This document shows, piece by piece, positions 27,201 through 40,476 of a DNA stretch of 64,000 nucleotides (position 1 is its first letter; each line of letters opens with the position of its first letter). The notes under the pieces are model-generated. The model was not told where the DNA came from, ran no database searches, and was given only the letters and a program-made list of their open reading frames with translations. A program made the translations under genes and the position numbers. Origin of the DNA: Lama glama (lineage: Eukaryota); NCBI GenBank assembly GCA_028534125.1, contig CM052818.1, positions 11,720,001 to 11,784,000 on the forward strand, written 5' to 3'.

Positions 27201-28649
27201 TAACGTTAACAGTTAATTTAAAGCCACCAACCCTCAAGTTCTCAAAAATGAGTGTGTCATTGACTGCACGTGCTGCTGTTCCGCGTTGGCTGGAGCTTCT
27301 CTGCTCCAGGACCCCACTGCTCACCCCAGCCTCCCACTTCAGAAGTTCAGATCTTTTCAAATGGGTCTTTTGAAACCAGTTATCAAAGTGACAGTTGATG
27401 TTAATCACGAATGTCACCTAAAATGGCAGAGAATATTCTCTAAACAAATAGTAAGAGAGGGATTTTATTTTTCGTCACATTAAACATTAAAAAAAACATT
27501 AAAACATTAAAACAAAAAAACATTAAAAAAAAAAACAAAAAACCATTTTCCAGAAGCTCCAATGGACCAGCTCCTCTGAGGAAATACCAAGCAAGTATAG
27601 AAACTCACACCAGCTAGTATGACACAACTTTGTTCACGGATCATTCTTGTATGAAGAGAAAAGTCCTCACCAAGTAGGTGTTACAGTTTTTACGAAGGGA
27701 AAGTGCAAGCGGTCCTTTTAGGTTATTCATATTATAATATATTATACCCTAAATAATTTCATCCCAGAACTCCCTATTTATGATGATTAATGAGGATAAA
27801 TTATATTTCAGAGCCCTTGACCTCTCCAGCAGTATCTGATGTGTGTCTTGCATTGGAGCTGAGAATAGTATGGTGCTCGTACATGAAAAGCCACAGCAGT
27901 CCACGAAGTAAAGGAACTTCCACAAAGGGAGGGGGGAAAACGAATTTGTAACGTCCAACTCTTAGTTGTTATTTCTGACTTATGTTACATAGTTTTGCCG
28001 TTTATATAAACTAAGCCTACAAAATGTACATGTGATACAAGAAGAGGTGTATTGCATGCTCCTGAATTATTTTTATATCTATTATGGTTTTCTATAATTC
28101 AGGGTCTAGTGATTTTCTTTTGGTTTTACCTTGCATTGCATAGACTATTCTTAAAAAAAAGACTGAGTTATTTGCATGACAGACACAGTGAAGTAGAAAA
28201 TTATTTCTATCTGTATACTTGGAAAGAAGGTAGTTGTTTTTCTAAAAACTGATTTTAAATGACTTGTAATTATTTGAACAGTGTTAAACTTATTTTCATG
28301 GTGTGTTTCCGGACAGACGATTGATCAGTTGTTCAAAGGATAAGGGATTTTTGTATAAATACAAACGACCAATTCTGTTAGTTACTTTGATAAAGGGGGT
28401 AGGGTATGGCAGGGATAGGGACAAATGACCGTAATGTGAAAATTTTAGAAATATATAATTTCGTATTTATTAAGCTCATAAACACAAAGCCATGAGTTAT
28501 GAAAAAAGGAATTTACTGTTTGAAAATACTTTATCTAACACAAAGAACTCAAATCTTCATTTACACAGCACAAAGAGCATGCTTACTACCAGGTGAGGCT
28601 TATTGGGAAAATATTAATTAAACCTAAATCTCAGTTGGAAATCACTTGT

Positions 28650-29200
28650 ATACAGTATGTGGAATATAAAATACTTTAGAATAACTCTAATTTAAAATGT
28701 TCAGAAATGGAAAAAAAAACTTTACTGAGCTATTAAAAAATCTAAACTAAACAGAGAGACATAGTTCTCTTGAACTGAACCCTTCATTGTAAAAAATGCA
28801 AAAATTTCCAAGTTAATTCATACCTGTACATAATTTCAGTTAAAATCCAACTTTTTGAGTTGGTCATTCTAATGATCATCTGTCAAAACTAAGTATGAAG
28901 AATGGGCAAGAATCAATAAGAATCTGGAAAGAGTATTGGGGAGGGAACTGACAGTCAGTAATCAAAATGCATCACAAAACTATACTGGTTGAAGCAGTTA
29001 TGATACTTTCCAAAACACCAATCATCTACAGAGATAGAACAGAAATCTCTGAAACACATGCAAAAGGATAGTGTTTACTGTTAAGGTGGTGGCATTTCTA
29101 TCCGTGAAAAAAGAAGTAAAGTCCTGGGATTATTGGTAAACTATTTGGGGAAAAAAATGTGCCATACTTATGTCACATTACGTTATAAAGAAAATTCACT
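28650..29200 (+). mobile_element. Degenerate old L1 ORF2 fragment
   Basis: aaactttactgagctattaaaaaatctaaactaa; tttccaagttaattcatac; gggagggaactgac...aaaatgcatcacaaaactata. Confidence 0.55.
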
Positions 29201-29284
29201 CCCCAAGTAATCTTCCAACAAATTTTTTATCAAGTGCCTCTATGTTCTAGGCAATAGTTCTACGTCCCAGACTATAGAATAGTG

Positions 29285-29343
29285 AAGGAAGGAAGGAAGG
29301 AAGGAAGGAAGGAAGGAAGGAAGGAAGGAAGGAAAGAAGGGAA
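29285..29343. repeat. (GGAA)n microsatellite inside an antisense L2 fragment
   Basis: Read directly from the sequence. Confidence 0.95.
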
Positions 29344-29557
29344 AATCCCTGACTTATAGAGTTCAGATTCTGGGGCACTCAGACACACTGGGGCAACTAA
29401 ACAGTTAACCAATCAACCAATTAACCAATAATATTATTTTAGATAGCAGTAAGTGCTTTTAAGAAAACGAACATAGAATCCAAATCCAAATGATGCAAGA
29501 AAAAATTACCAAAACAATATCATCATATCTAATATATTTTAGCCAAAATAAAAACCT

Positions 29558-29710
29558 TGGAGGGGGCAGGGGGTGGGAAAGGACAGACTGGGATTTCAAA
29601 ATGTAGAATAGCTAAACAAGATTATACTGTATAGCACAGGGAAATACATACAAGATCTTGTGGTGGCTCACAGCGAAAAAAAATGTGACAGTGAATATAT
29701 GTATATTCAT
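29558..29710 (+). mobile_element. Young camelid-type L1 3' end, cut by the assembly gap
   Basis: gggacagactggga...attatactgtatagcacagggaaatacatacaagatcttgtggtggctcacagcgaaaa; clearly related to 36631-36892. Confidence 0.85.
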
Positions 29711-30210
29711 NNNNNNNNNNNNNNNNNNNNNNNNNNNNNNNNNNNNNNNNNNNNNNNNNNNNNNNNNNNNNNNNNNNNNNNNNNNNNNNNNNNNNNNNNN
29801 NNNNNNNNNNNNNNNNNNNNNNNNNNNNNNNNNNNNNNNNNNNNNNNNNNNNNNNNNNNNNNNNNNNNNNNNNNNNNNNNNNNNNNNNNNNNNNNNNNNN
29901 NNNNNNNNNNNNNNNNNNNNNNNNNNNNNNNNNNNNNNNNNNNNNNNNNNNNNNNNNNNNNNNNNNNNNNNNNNNNNNNNNNNNNNNNNNNNNNNNNNNN
30001 NNNNNNNNNNNNNNNNNNNNNNNNNNNNNNNNNNNNNNNNNNNNNNNNNNNNNNNNNNNNNNNNNNNNNNNNNNNNNNNNNNNNNNNNNNNNNNNNNNNN
30101 NNNNNNNNNNNNNNNNNNNNNNNNNNNNNNNNNNNNNNNNNNNNNNNNNNNNNNNNNNNNNNNNNNNNNNNNNNNNNNNNNNNNNNNNNNNNNNNNNNNN
30201 NNNNNNNNNN
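29711..30210. other. Assembly gap (500 N)
   Basis: Run of N. Confidence 1.
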
Positions 30211-32319
30211 GAAGGGGCTATATGTTGTGAACTGGCTGAAAATTAAGCATCCAAATAAAAAATAAAGATGTAATGTTGGCAATTATTCACATGATAAAAT
30301 AATTATATTATGCTTAGAATTATCTAAAGTCAAACTTAGCAATAGTGCTAAAGTTTTGTCACAATTCCTAGAAATTTTTTTAATTGTGATATATAAACTA
30401 ATAATTACATTAAATTTGGTTATTTAAGTTTACTGATATAATTATTTTTATTAGATTTAGGTAAAGATGATATGTAACATTGTTACACACAGTCTGACTT
30501 ACCAAATGTTATTAGAGAGATAAGAAATAAAAATTGATCTTGAAAACTGAGCTAAAAATATTGAATTTGAAGTAGTGTCCTTTATTTTCAAGCATATACC
30601 TATGTTCATATCCCTACATGTTTCAAAATTTCCTACAGTATCTAATTATTAGATGCGAGATATACAGACTTATCTCCTTGTTGGCTTTATCTAAGGTTTT
30701 ATATAGCTCATAATAATATGTCAACAAAATTGGTGATTGTACCTTGACTTGTAAAATAAAACTCGTTTTAAGAGTATCGTAAATCTAACAGAGCATGTCT
30801 TGTGTTCTGATTGGTAGAAAATTGGATATTAAACACTAGGGACAAAATGGTCTTCTAATTCTGGTACTTGAGTAAGTATAAAGAGAAAAAAGAAAAGGAA
30901 AGAAAAAATCGTTATCTGGAGTTGATAGTTTAACTGATCATGATCAATTTGAAGTGCTTATTGCTTAAGTAAATGACCTTTGGGGTGATTTCATTAGCTC
31001 CACATACTGCAAAAGGTTATATCTGAATTCAATTTTATGATTGAGTCTAGGCATATAAAATCTCAAAATAGTTTGAAAGGGTGTAAAAAAAGAAAAAAAA
31101 CCCCTGATTTTTCTGAGACAGACTGGATTATGAAAATCCTGCTTGCTTTTCTAATTATTGGCTTCATGTGTGAGTAAATATTTGAGAGAGGAATGACAAT
31201 GCTCTGATATCATCATCACTTTGATATTTGTGGTTAGAAAATGAATTTAAAATTAGTTACCAGTTCCAACTTTTTAGTACTGTAAATTACCACATATAAG
31301 ATTTTGTCTCCCTGGATCTACTTTATTTGTTTGATGAAGTATCTTCACCTTTATAGAATTGTAATACTCTATGATGGTTTGGGTGGGGTTCTACCTTCCT
31401 TTCCCTTTAAAAGTGCTACAAAGCATATGCTTATTATTTTGTTAAATTAAGATATGTCTTAAATACTTATGGAAAGAATTTCACATGCTTCCTTGAGATA
31501 TGCCAGGCAGAAGAACCAAGAAAGAATGTTTGAAAAACAGATTAGGCATTGATACTTCCAATTCTCACTTGCTATTGGTAGATGAAATAGGGCCAATCTT
31601 ATATCCTCAAATTAGGAATAATAGGGTTAGAGAAAAAAATGCAGAAATTTCTGTTAAAAAATAGAACTGTATTTTTATCCAGCTGACCTTAAACCCAATA
31701 TAATGATCCATTTTCTTATGTTTCATGCTCTTCAGTAATCATTGCTTTTTAGAATATTTCAAAAACATAAGGTAGTTCCCATTTTTTAATATCGGCCTGT
31801 TTCCTAAGAAGTCTCCTACTTAAAACATCAGGACCACTTTTGTATTCCTTCCTATTCTTGTGATTTCTCCTCCATCTTCTTCTCTCTTTCTACCACAGGC
31901 CTTTTCACAACCAGGGCCACTTTCCCAAACCTCAGTGTCAGCCTCTTCCCCAGTCTCCCCTGGCAGTCAAGGCCAGGGTCTGTGGCAGCTGTGGTCAAAG
32001 GGAAGGAAGGAGGAAATGACGTGACCCCTCAGCGGTCCCTCTTCCCTCTCCTCCTCCACCTCACTCTGGCATCCACACAAAGGACTTGAAACCGAACTCC
32101 ACCACTTACAAGAGATGTGCTTACTGTAATCGCCTGGCATCTTTGAACCTCAGCTTTTTCACCAAGTGAGACTCAAAACTTCGGCCCCATCCTCCTTTAT
32201 AGGGCTGCTAAGAAGTCTTCTGAATTAAAAGTGCTGGGTGAAGTATTTGTTACCTTGAAAAGTTAGAAGATGGCTATTAAACATTTTATTTTAGAAGAAG
32301 CATAAGGACGGAGTGGAAA

Positions 32320-32525
32320 TGGGGAAGCAGAGACCTGGCTTCGAGTCCCAACAGTGTCCCCGGCTGGTTGTGCGCTCCCGGGCACTTCGCCCAACCTCTG
32401 CGCGTCTGTAAGAGGAGTAATGATATTCGCTCGTCTATCACCACTACAAGGTGCTAATACTAATATTTACCTTAATTTTATTGCAAGGATGAAAAAAAGA
32501 CTTTGAAAGTTCCTTGTGCAATACA
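32320..32525 (+). mobile_element. MIR SINE, unusually CpG-rich
   Basis: gcagagacctggcttcgagtccca...tgtgcgctcccgggcacttcgcccaacctctg...tctgtaagaggagtaatgata is collinear with the MIR 5' region and core. Confidence 0.65.
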
Positions 32526-32849
32526 AATAGAATATGACAGTTGTCAAATTGACTCTATGGAAACCGTGTAGAATAGACACCATCCTAGCCCTTGATACGA
32601 AAAGTATAGGATCCTCTTCCTCAGGGAGGAGCAATGATTCCCAAGGGACAAACAGTACAACCTTTTCCTCTGAAATACTGGTAACTTTTTAATGAATTTT
32701 ATTTATGAACTTAGCACTGCACAGGATGATTTTGTGATGATGAAATTAGCAAGTCAGTGGACTTACAGGGAGTTAAAATAATTTTTAGGCCTCCATGGTT
32801 TGATGGATATTCAATGATTTTTTTTTTTAAGAGTTAAAAAATACTGGCA

Positions 32850-33075
32850 TAAGGGTAGTGGCTACCTTTTTGGGAAAGGAACAGGTTGGCAATGGGTTGC
32901 TGGATGGGTGAAAGGAACTTTCTGAGGTGTTGGAAATGTTCTTTTCTTGACCAGAATGAGAGCTGCACACACGTTCACTTGGAAACAGTCATTAAAGCTG
33001 TGCTTTATATTTTATATGCTCTTACTAACTGTGTGATATGACTTGAAATTTAAAAGTTTAAAAAATTGAAAAAAA
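32850..33075 (+). mobile_element. Old L1 (L1MC/ME) 3' end
   Basis: ggaactttctgaggtgttggaaatgttcttttcttgacc, followed by an A-rich tail. Confidence 0.7.
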
Positions 33076-33529
33076 AATGAAACTGACACATCTGACAACG
33101 TTCCACGTTTCCAGTGCTCCATGGAAAATAGGGGTTCAACATCTTTTACACTTTCTCACCTACTCAATGGGAAGAAGACATCATTCCCACTGAATTCTCC
33201 CACGTCTTGAAGGGGGTATGACCATAAAGAACCACGGGCCCTGCATGTCAGTATTGTCATCATGCACAGCAAGGGGTTATTCATTTTGCACATAATAACT
33301 CACACTAACTGATTCCTTGGAGATGATATTTCTATGTGGCTAGCCATACATATATGGGATAATTGAGTCCCGTACATTTTGAAGGTTTAGGAAGAAAAAT
33401 TTGGCCATATCTAGAATTTTGGAAATTCTACTTTACCTTTTTTTCTTTTAAAACATGCATCCTCTTCCTGCTTCCACTCTCTTCCCAGGAAATCTTTCCA
33501 ACTCGATGTTAAAATTAAAATAAGACTGT

Positions 33530-33755
33530 TTAATAGCGTAGTAGCTAAGATTCAGAATCTGGAGCAAGACTGCCTGAATTCAAATCTCGAATGCCCTTTT
33601 TTATTCACTCAGTGACTCTGTACAATTGTGCCTCAATTTCTTCATGTCATAAATGGGCACAGTAGTAGTACCGATGTCATAGGGTTGTTGTGATTTAATA
33701 CATGTAAAGTGTCTATGACCATGCCTCGGACACACCCAGTAAAAGCTTAATCAGA
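33530..33755 (+). mobile_element. MIR SINE
   Basis: atagcgtagtagctaaga...ctggagcaagactgcctgaattcaaatc...gtgcctcaatttcttcat...catagggttgttgtga. Confidence 0.85.
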
Positions 33756-35299
33756 ACACTAGGAATGAAAGCTTCTGTTGAGGGCTAGCCTTGCTCTTCT
33801 GAAGCCCAGGAATTCCTTCTTACTTTATCACGTTTCTCAAGTCCTTCTTTGAGCCATTTGCCTGTTTAGGAATAGATGCTGCTAAGTATTATTTATTTTG
33901 TTGCATTTTTTCTGGTCACTCACTACCTAAAGCAGACCTTACATATTTTTCTTTCATGACATGAAACTTAAAACATTTTAGGGTGGATGGCTCATTAAAA
34001 TATCATTTATTTTCTGCCACTGAAAGGCCAGAGTCTTCTCATCCATCACCATCCCATCCCACTCTGCCTCCTTCTCAGGCAGTACGAACCCACAGTACAT
34101 TCCCAAGTTCTCTTCCACTGGCCAGCCTTCTGCCACATAAATAAGTGCTTTTAAAACCATAGAGAGAACATTCCAAAATATTTGGAATAAACCACGTTGG
34201 TGTGTTTGTTTTTTGGTAGAGATGGAGAGAAGGAGGAAAGACGAGGCAGCTAAGTATATTACGGTATCTGAGAATGGACACATCACTACAGCATCCCTTC
34301 AGATGGTAACCATCCTAGACTATGATAGCGAGGAGGAACCTAAGAAGTGACACTGGCCCTCTGTTACAGGAGAGGACCCTGAGTTTCAGAGAGGCCACCT
34401 CTTTCCCTAGTGTATTCCCGCAGTCAGGAATACACACAGAACAGAGCCAGCTTTCGTGCCTCAGCCCAGCATCCTTTCTTTCCTCTATCTCATGATGTCT
34501 CTAAAAGTTGGAGTGCCTATGCCGCAGTATCTCAGAGGGAAGATAATTAAGAGTAACTCTCCACGCAGCTGAACAACAAAGGTACATGGCTTTTATACAG
34601 CAAGGTACAATCTGGTGGAAATACCACTTCCGTCTTCAGCTGTTCAGATAATTAATATTTTGAGAGTACTTAAAGCATGCTCACATACCTTTAATAACTC
34701 CAACAACCCTATGAGAAAACTCACTTTCTCTCGCCCAAAGTCACAGAGCAAGTAAGCCATCAACTCCCAGGCTCAAGCTCAAGTCTTCTTTAAACACCAA
34801 CTTCTATTCTTAAAGAAACCTTTCAACAATTACAGAGATGGTATTAAGTGCTTGGTGTAGGAGAAAACAGAGATGAAAGAGCTCAACCAGGTAAACAACT
34901 ACACAAAATTAAGGTAAGCACAGTGACGGAGGTGTGCATGGGATGCGACAGAAGCCCAGAGGAGAGGGCAGAGAACTTCTGTGGAGTATGCGATGCAAGC
35001 TACGTTTTAAAGCAAGGGAAGATGGTAGCCAGATTAGGCGTCAGGAGAATGGCAGTCGAGGGACGGAAGAACGTGTGATAGCAACTATAGCAGCTCCTTT
35101 AGATGGAGCACTTGCTATTCTCAACTATACTATATAGTATATATAGTTGAAAAACACAAGGACCTGAGAGGTGAAGCAATTTGCCCAATGCCACACAGAG
35201 CCTAGATTTCAACTTAGACAGTCAGGCTTCAGGTATCCACAGGCTTAGTAACTGCCCCACAATCCACCACTCACACCATATAAAAGAACAAGACAGTGC

Positions 35300-36270
35300 T
35301 TGTTCAAGAACAGACTATCTGAACTGCAGACACACAGAATATGCATGAAGAAGTGTGGTACCTAAGGCTGGAGGAATGGGCAGGAAGCAGGTTTTGATCT
35401 GTACTCTCTACAAGCACACTCCAGGGCTTGGTGCTCGGTGCTCCGCTCTGCCCTGACAGTGATGGGATGCCCGCATCTGCAGGGTATTCACCACAGAAGA
35501 GTCGTAATTCGATCTATGATTAGACAGGTCCTTCCAGAAAACACAAAGGGGATAAATTAGAGGGAGGAAGAATGGAGACAAAGAGACCCGGTAACAGTCT
35601 ATTATAATAACACAGGAAAGAAGTAGCAATGAATGAAAGTAAGATAGTGGTACTGGGCATGGAGAAGAGAAGATGGATTCAATAGATATTCCGGGTGTAA
35701 TACATACAAGACTTGGTGTTTGAGAGAAGAATCTCAATTCTCACTCAGGCTTTTGGGGTTTTTTGTTTTTTGGGGTATTTTGTTTGTTTTTTTGCAAAAG
35801 GTGAATGATGGTGTTGTCCATTTAGACATCAAATACAGAAGGGGGAGGGGATTGGGGATTTTGTGTAGAAATTAATTCAGCTTTGGACACGATGATTTTG
35901 TGGTATGGTGAGAGAGACCGGAGAATTCTCTGGTAGTTAATTGGGTGCATAGGTTCAGTGCTCACAGATTTGGAGTCCAAGTTTGCGGAACAATGTATGG
36001 TGCGTGGTAGGGAGGGCCTAGGAATAAGAGTAGCCAGGCAGCAGTTTCAGAGTCAGAGGAGGAGCAGACCCAAGAGGGAGCCCCAGGAAATGGCCATTTA
36101 AGAAGCTGGTGGAAGGAGCACACCCAAGAGGCTGCTGGAGAGGGAGGAGAGACCTGGGAGATCCCGGAGCCACTGAAGTACAAACGAGAAGGCACTTCAA
36201 GGGGAGAGGACTGGCCCGTGGTATCAGCTGCTACAAAAAGGACACAAAGCCACCTGGAAGTGACTGTTGC
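35300..36270 (-). mobile_element. L2 fragment(s)
   Basis: Antisense L2 motifs (agatggattcaatagatatt; ttcagctttggacac; agatttggagtc; gagagggaggagagacctgggag). Confidence 0.65.
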
Positions 36271-36630
36271 TTTACACTCACCATCACATTTCTACAAACT
36301 ATTCGAAAGCTAAACCCCTACTAGGAAAAATGCAATGGCTCTTTTGACTATTTAACTAGTTTGTATGTGGAACTTCCACTGTGTATATAATTGTTTACAG
36401 CTCCTTAAAGTGCAAGAGAAATTAAGAAGGAATACTAAAAAAAAAAAAAAATGCAACTTACAATATATTTAGACATGCTATACACAATTAGAAAACAATC
36501 TCAACAAAGAAGTTAAATACAACAGAGCCATGGAAGTTGCACTATGGAGAAAAAGATGAGTTAAGAAAAGAAAGACAGGTTCTGAAAGATCAACACTTTA
36601 TAATAGGTATTAAAGAATTGTATTGTTAGA

Positions 36631-36892
36631 CCTGTGGTTGCCGGGGGGAGGGGGGATGGGAAGGGACAGACTGGGAGTTCGAAATTTGTAGATACTGACA
36701 GGTATATATAGAATAGATAAACAAGATTATACACAGGGAATATATACAAGATCTTGTGGTAGCTCACGGTGAAAAAGAATGTGACAATGAATATATGTAT
36801 GTTCGTGTATGACTGAAAAATTGTGCTCTACACTGGAAATTGACACAACATTGTAAACTGACTAAAACTCAATAAAATAAAATTTAAATAAA
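36631..36892 (+). mobile_element. 5'-truncated young camelid-type L1 with a 19-bp TSD
   Basis: L1 3' UTR with an A-rich tail. TSD aaagaattgtattgttaga (36612-36630) and aaagaagtgtattgttaga (36893-36911); TT/AAAG target site. Confidence 0.92.
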
Positions 36893-37234
36893 AAAGAAGT
36901 GTATTGTTAGAAGGTTAAGAAGTGGTCAGTAGCATCACAGGCAGGGGTGCACGAGCAAATTAATCCACCAGTGCATCTTTGTTATGCATCCTCTGGGCTC
37001 CACATCACCAGGAGCACCGTAGATGATGCCCTAAAGTGTAAGATAAGGTCTTGGATAAGGAGACAGGCAATAGTAACGCCGAGACAAAAGCCAGGGTCAG
37101 GAAACACGGAGATGAAAATAAAGGTGTCTGTGTCAGACAGGCCAGGGTTAGAGTGCCCTGTTCCACCCTTTCTAGCCTCAGTGTTGTAATTCATTATATA
37201 AAATATTCTGTTACTTCCTGATAATGTCATAAGG

Positions 37235-37490
37235 AAATAATAGCTAATGTCTACTGTGTACTTGCTATATTCAATATAACATAAGCTGTTCTATCTCATT
37301 TAATCAGTACACCTATCCTAATTGGTATGTTACTATCATTATCCCCCTTCTCCAGATGAAGAAACTGAGGCACAAAAGGGTTCAGAAACGTGTTCAGGAA
37401 CACACAGTGAGTGGCAGAACTGGGATTTTTACTTAGACGATCTTAGCCTGGAGGACTGGCTTCCATAGATCATACTCCTCTGCCTCTCAG
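37235..37490 (-). mobile_element. MIR SINE
   Basis: cagatgaagaaactgaggcacaaaagggtt...cacacagtgagtggcagaactgggatt. Confidence 0.85.
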
Positions 37491-38040
37491 TAAGCATCAT
37501 GATTCCAGTAAACACAAATGTCTGTTTCATGGAGGCAGAGGGATGGGACTGTGGGATGATGGATTTGCAGAGGCAGAGAGCATTCCCAACAAGGCTGTTG
37601 TCCATCAAACCCTTCCCAAACCCAGGTGCATTAAAATTCCAATGGATATATATATCCATTTATATATATATATTTATATATATTTATATACACTCACACA
37701 CATATATGCACACATAAGCAATTCTATTTTTATATATGTGTGTGCATGTGTAAAACAGAGCAGAATTTTAAGAGAAAATATACTCCTGCAACTACAGTGA
37801 TGCTTTTCCCTGCTCAACGGAAAGTCATGTTGGCGAGAGTGAAGTTTAAATTCTCAGCCTTCTCCCCTGCTCAAAAGCGGACAACCTGTCAATCAGCAGG
37901 GAGGCACCTCACCTAAGAGTGGAAAGGCAGTCACCTAACTGCTCCCTACCAATTTAGTTAGGGATTCGTTCTAACTCTTATTTGAAGTGCCTAGAAATTA
38001 ATGTAATATTTCCTGTACTCATTTGCATTGCCTGCGGGCT

Positions 38041-38063
38041 GGAAGCGCCCCCTGTGAGGGCCA
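38041..38063 (-). promoter_or_regulatory. Candidate CTCF site
   Basis: The reverse complement contains CAGGGGGCGCT, the 3' part of the CTCF core; the 5' part fits imperfectly. Confidence 0.3.
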
Positions 38064-40476
38064 CCGAGTTAGGCAGGGAGCTGTATCCAGGGCAACTCAG
38101 TACCAAGCTAAAGCAGAGGAGCCCTTGTAGAGTGAGGCTGACACTGGGATTAGGATCTGTTCTATGAGACCGTGCCCGGCTGATAAATTGAAGTGGTAAT
38201 TTGGGACTTAACCAGATAGAGCAGTAAATGTATTAGAATAAGGAGAATCCGAGGGGAGCAAAGACTGGGAGAAACCATGCAAGTTGGCGAGTGAGGTTTT
38301 GTTTTGTTTTGATTTTTAAATTCCAGTCTCTCCTTTCGGCTTTGCGTTGGAATCCTGAATTTGAGCATCTCTTCTGCTACAGCAAATTATTAGTAAAGTG
38401 GATTGCCTTTGTTAGTCTAAATTGCTGTGTGTTTGCAAATACATTTCGAGAGAATGCCACTCCAGAGAAAGCTTCTCTTGGACCCAAATCACAGTGTCTA
38501 TAAGTAACTCTTGACCTTGATGCATCTGTGCCCTATGTATAATGAAAGTAGGTGCGGGAGCGGTGGAAATCTTCCCAAACTATTCATCTCTTATTGATTC
38601 ACTTGTTCTATTGTGAGCAGAGAGACATCTACACACTAGTTTAAAATTAGGAGCTCCCAAGACTGTGATGAATGAAAGAGACGTGATTTGCCCTCTGGGA
38701 TTTCGAAGTACAGAATTTTCTCAGCCAGGAATTGTTGGAGGCCTTATTATCTTGGCACATCCTAAACACATTCATTAATTTATTTCTTTAGCCTACAGAT
38801 CCCCAAACATTTCTAGGATTGCTGGGGTTTTTTTAAAGCCCAATTACTTGACAGTACTTCAAAGTGCTATATAATTTTTAAATGAATAAAAAATAATTTT
38901 TGAGAATCCAAATTAATTGGGGGAATATTATTAAGAGTGGGTGGGGAAGGTGCAAGCTTTGGAATTCCTTTTCCTACATTAGAGTTTAGTAACCCACAAA
39001 TGATATTGCTGCATACCCACCGGGGAAAAACCAACCCACTCACGTAAACAATTTATGAAAGCAGCCTGGACCACTTTAAATGTACAGACTCTCCTCTATT
39101 TCCGCTGAAAATATTTCTCTCATTCTAACACTTTTATTTTAAAAATCAGGTAAAATAAACACAGTCACCACCACGGGAAATCTGCCACCTCACTTTCAGA
39201 GCCAGCGTTTGTTTTTAAGCTGCTTCCCCAACTTGGAAGTTAGTAACATTTGGAAAAAGCCAAATGACTCATCCATTCCTAAATCCTAAGAATGACCCGT
39301 ATAACAGGGAAAAGTCACAGAGGTAAGTTGAGGCCTGTGGCAATAAGCTTTCATTGTCTTTACTGTTTTCTTTGGTCTTCTGTATGCATAGTTTTCTATC
39401 CCCCAAAGCACTTCCACCCTGAGCCTCTGTGCATACGGCTCCATCTGCACAGAATGCCTTCCCAGAGGCAGACACTCCACGAAGCATTTGCATGGGCCCC
39501 TTACAAGACTCTGCCCCCAGTTTTGTATTTATAAATTGCATTATTAATTTTAAAAAGTGACCCAGCACTTTTCACTTCAGGCCCAGAAAAGCCAAAACCT
39601 AGATTCTCCTCTCTCTACTTTGTCAAACCTATTCACCACCTAAGACACTCCCTGGTCAGGCCCTGCTTCCCCCACCTCACTGACTTGTGCCCTTAAAAGC
39701 TTTGTTACAAAATAAGGAAAGAATAAAACCTGGACCGCAAAAATATCAGACTGTTCTTTCATTAGCTTAGCCTCCTCTAAATAGTGTAAGATACGTAACA
39801 TAAATAATGAGAACCATTTTAATTTGCATTCTGTGAAAATCCTATATAAACACTAGGCAGACTTAATGTTTACCTTAAAGTCACTGGTCTGCTTTTCACT
39901 GAGGTGAATGTTTTGTCAATGCAGGTCATTTGCTTACATACAAATATATTATTATTGATTTCGTATTGTCTTCATTTATCTCTAAAATTTTAGATACAAA
40001 ATTGAGTCTCTTTTGAGCTTTTCCCAACTATGTTTGTGCTAAGTTTTTGACTTGGATTGAAGCTATAAGACTAAGCCTTAGACAGAATAAAGACAAAATG
40101 GAACACTTCTGCGTTCCAAACAAAGAAGGGTCCTTAACATCATGAATAACGGGTCTAAAATACATCTGTTCATTTATTTTTTTCCTAAAGTGGCACTTTA
40201 TGTTTATATATATTTATCCTAAGATGGCACTCCTGATATCTGGCGTATAGAGAACATTTCTTTTTTTTTAAACACAGCATTTTACAATTCTGAAGGAGAG
40301 ATTTCTTACAAAGGGTTCCAATATGTCAGAGAAGAATTTGTAGAAGCCACTTCCACTTTTTAAAAAAGCTAAATCTTGACAATTTCTTACTTAAAGACAT
40401 TTTTTGCATTAGGAAAAGAACTGATGGGAGAAAAGCAAACAAAAAATTCACTCTCCTTATTCTGTTGATCTAGAGC

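Noticed and set aside
27361..27450. ATG-to-donor unit (MGLLKPVIKVTVDVNHECHLKWQRIFSKQI|gtaag)
   Set aside because: The nearest acceptor (~27810) gives an immediate stop and I recognise no homology.
27481..27545. Repeated aaacattaaa units
   Set aside because: This is an A-rich slippage repeat with no unique spacers, so it is not a CRISPR-like array.
28061..28103. 10-bp inverted repeat cctgaattat / ataattcagg
   Set aside because: The stem is too short and AT-rich for a pre-miRNA and is compatible with chance.
29658..30282. The longest ORFs in the track (190-201 aa)
   Set aside because: They are artefacts of translating through the 500-N gap.
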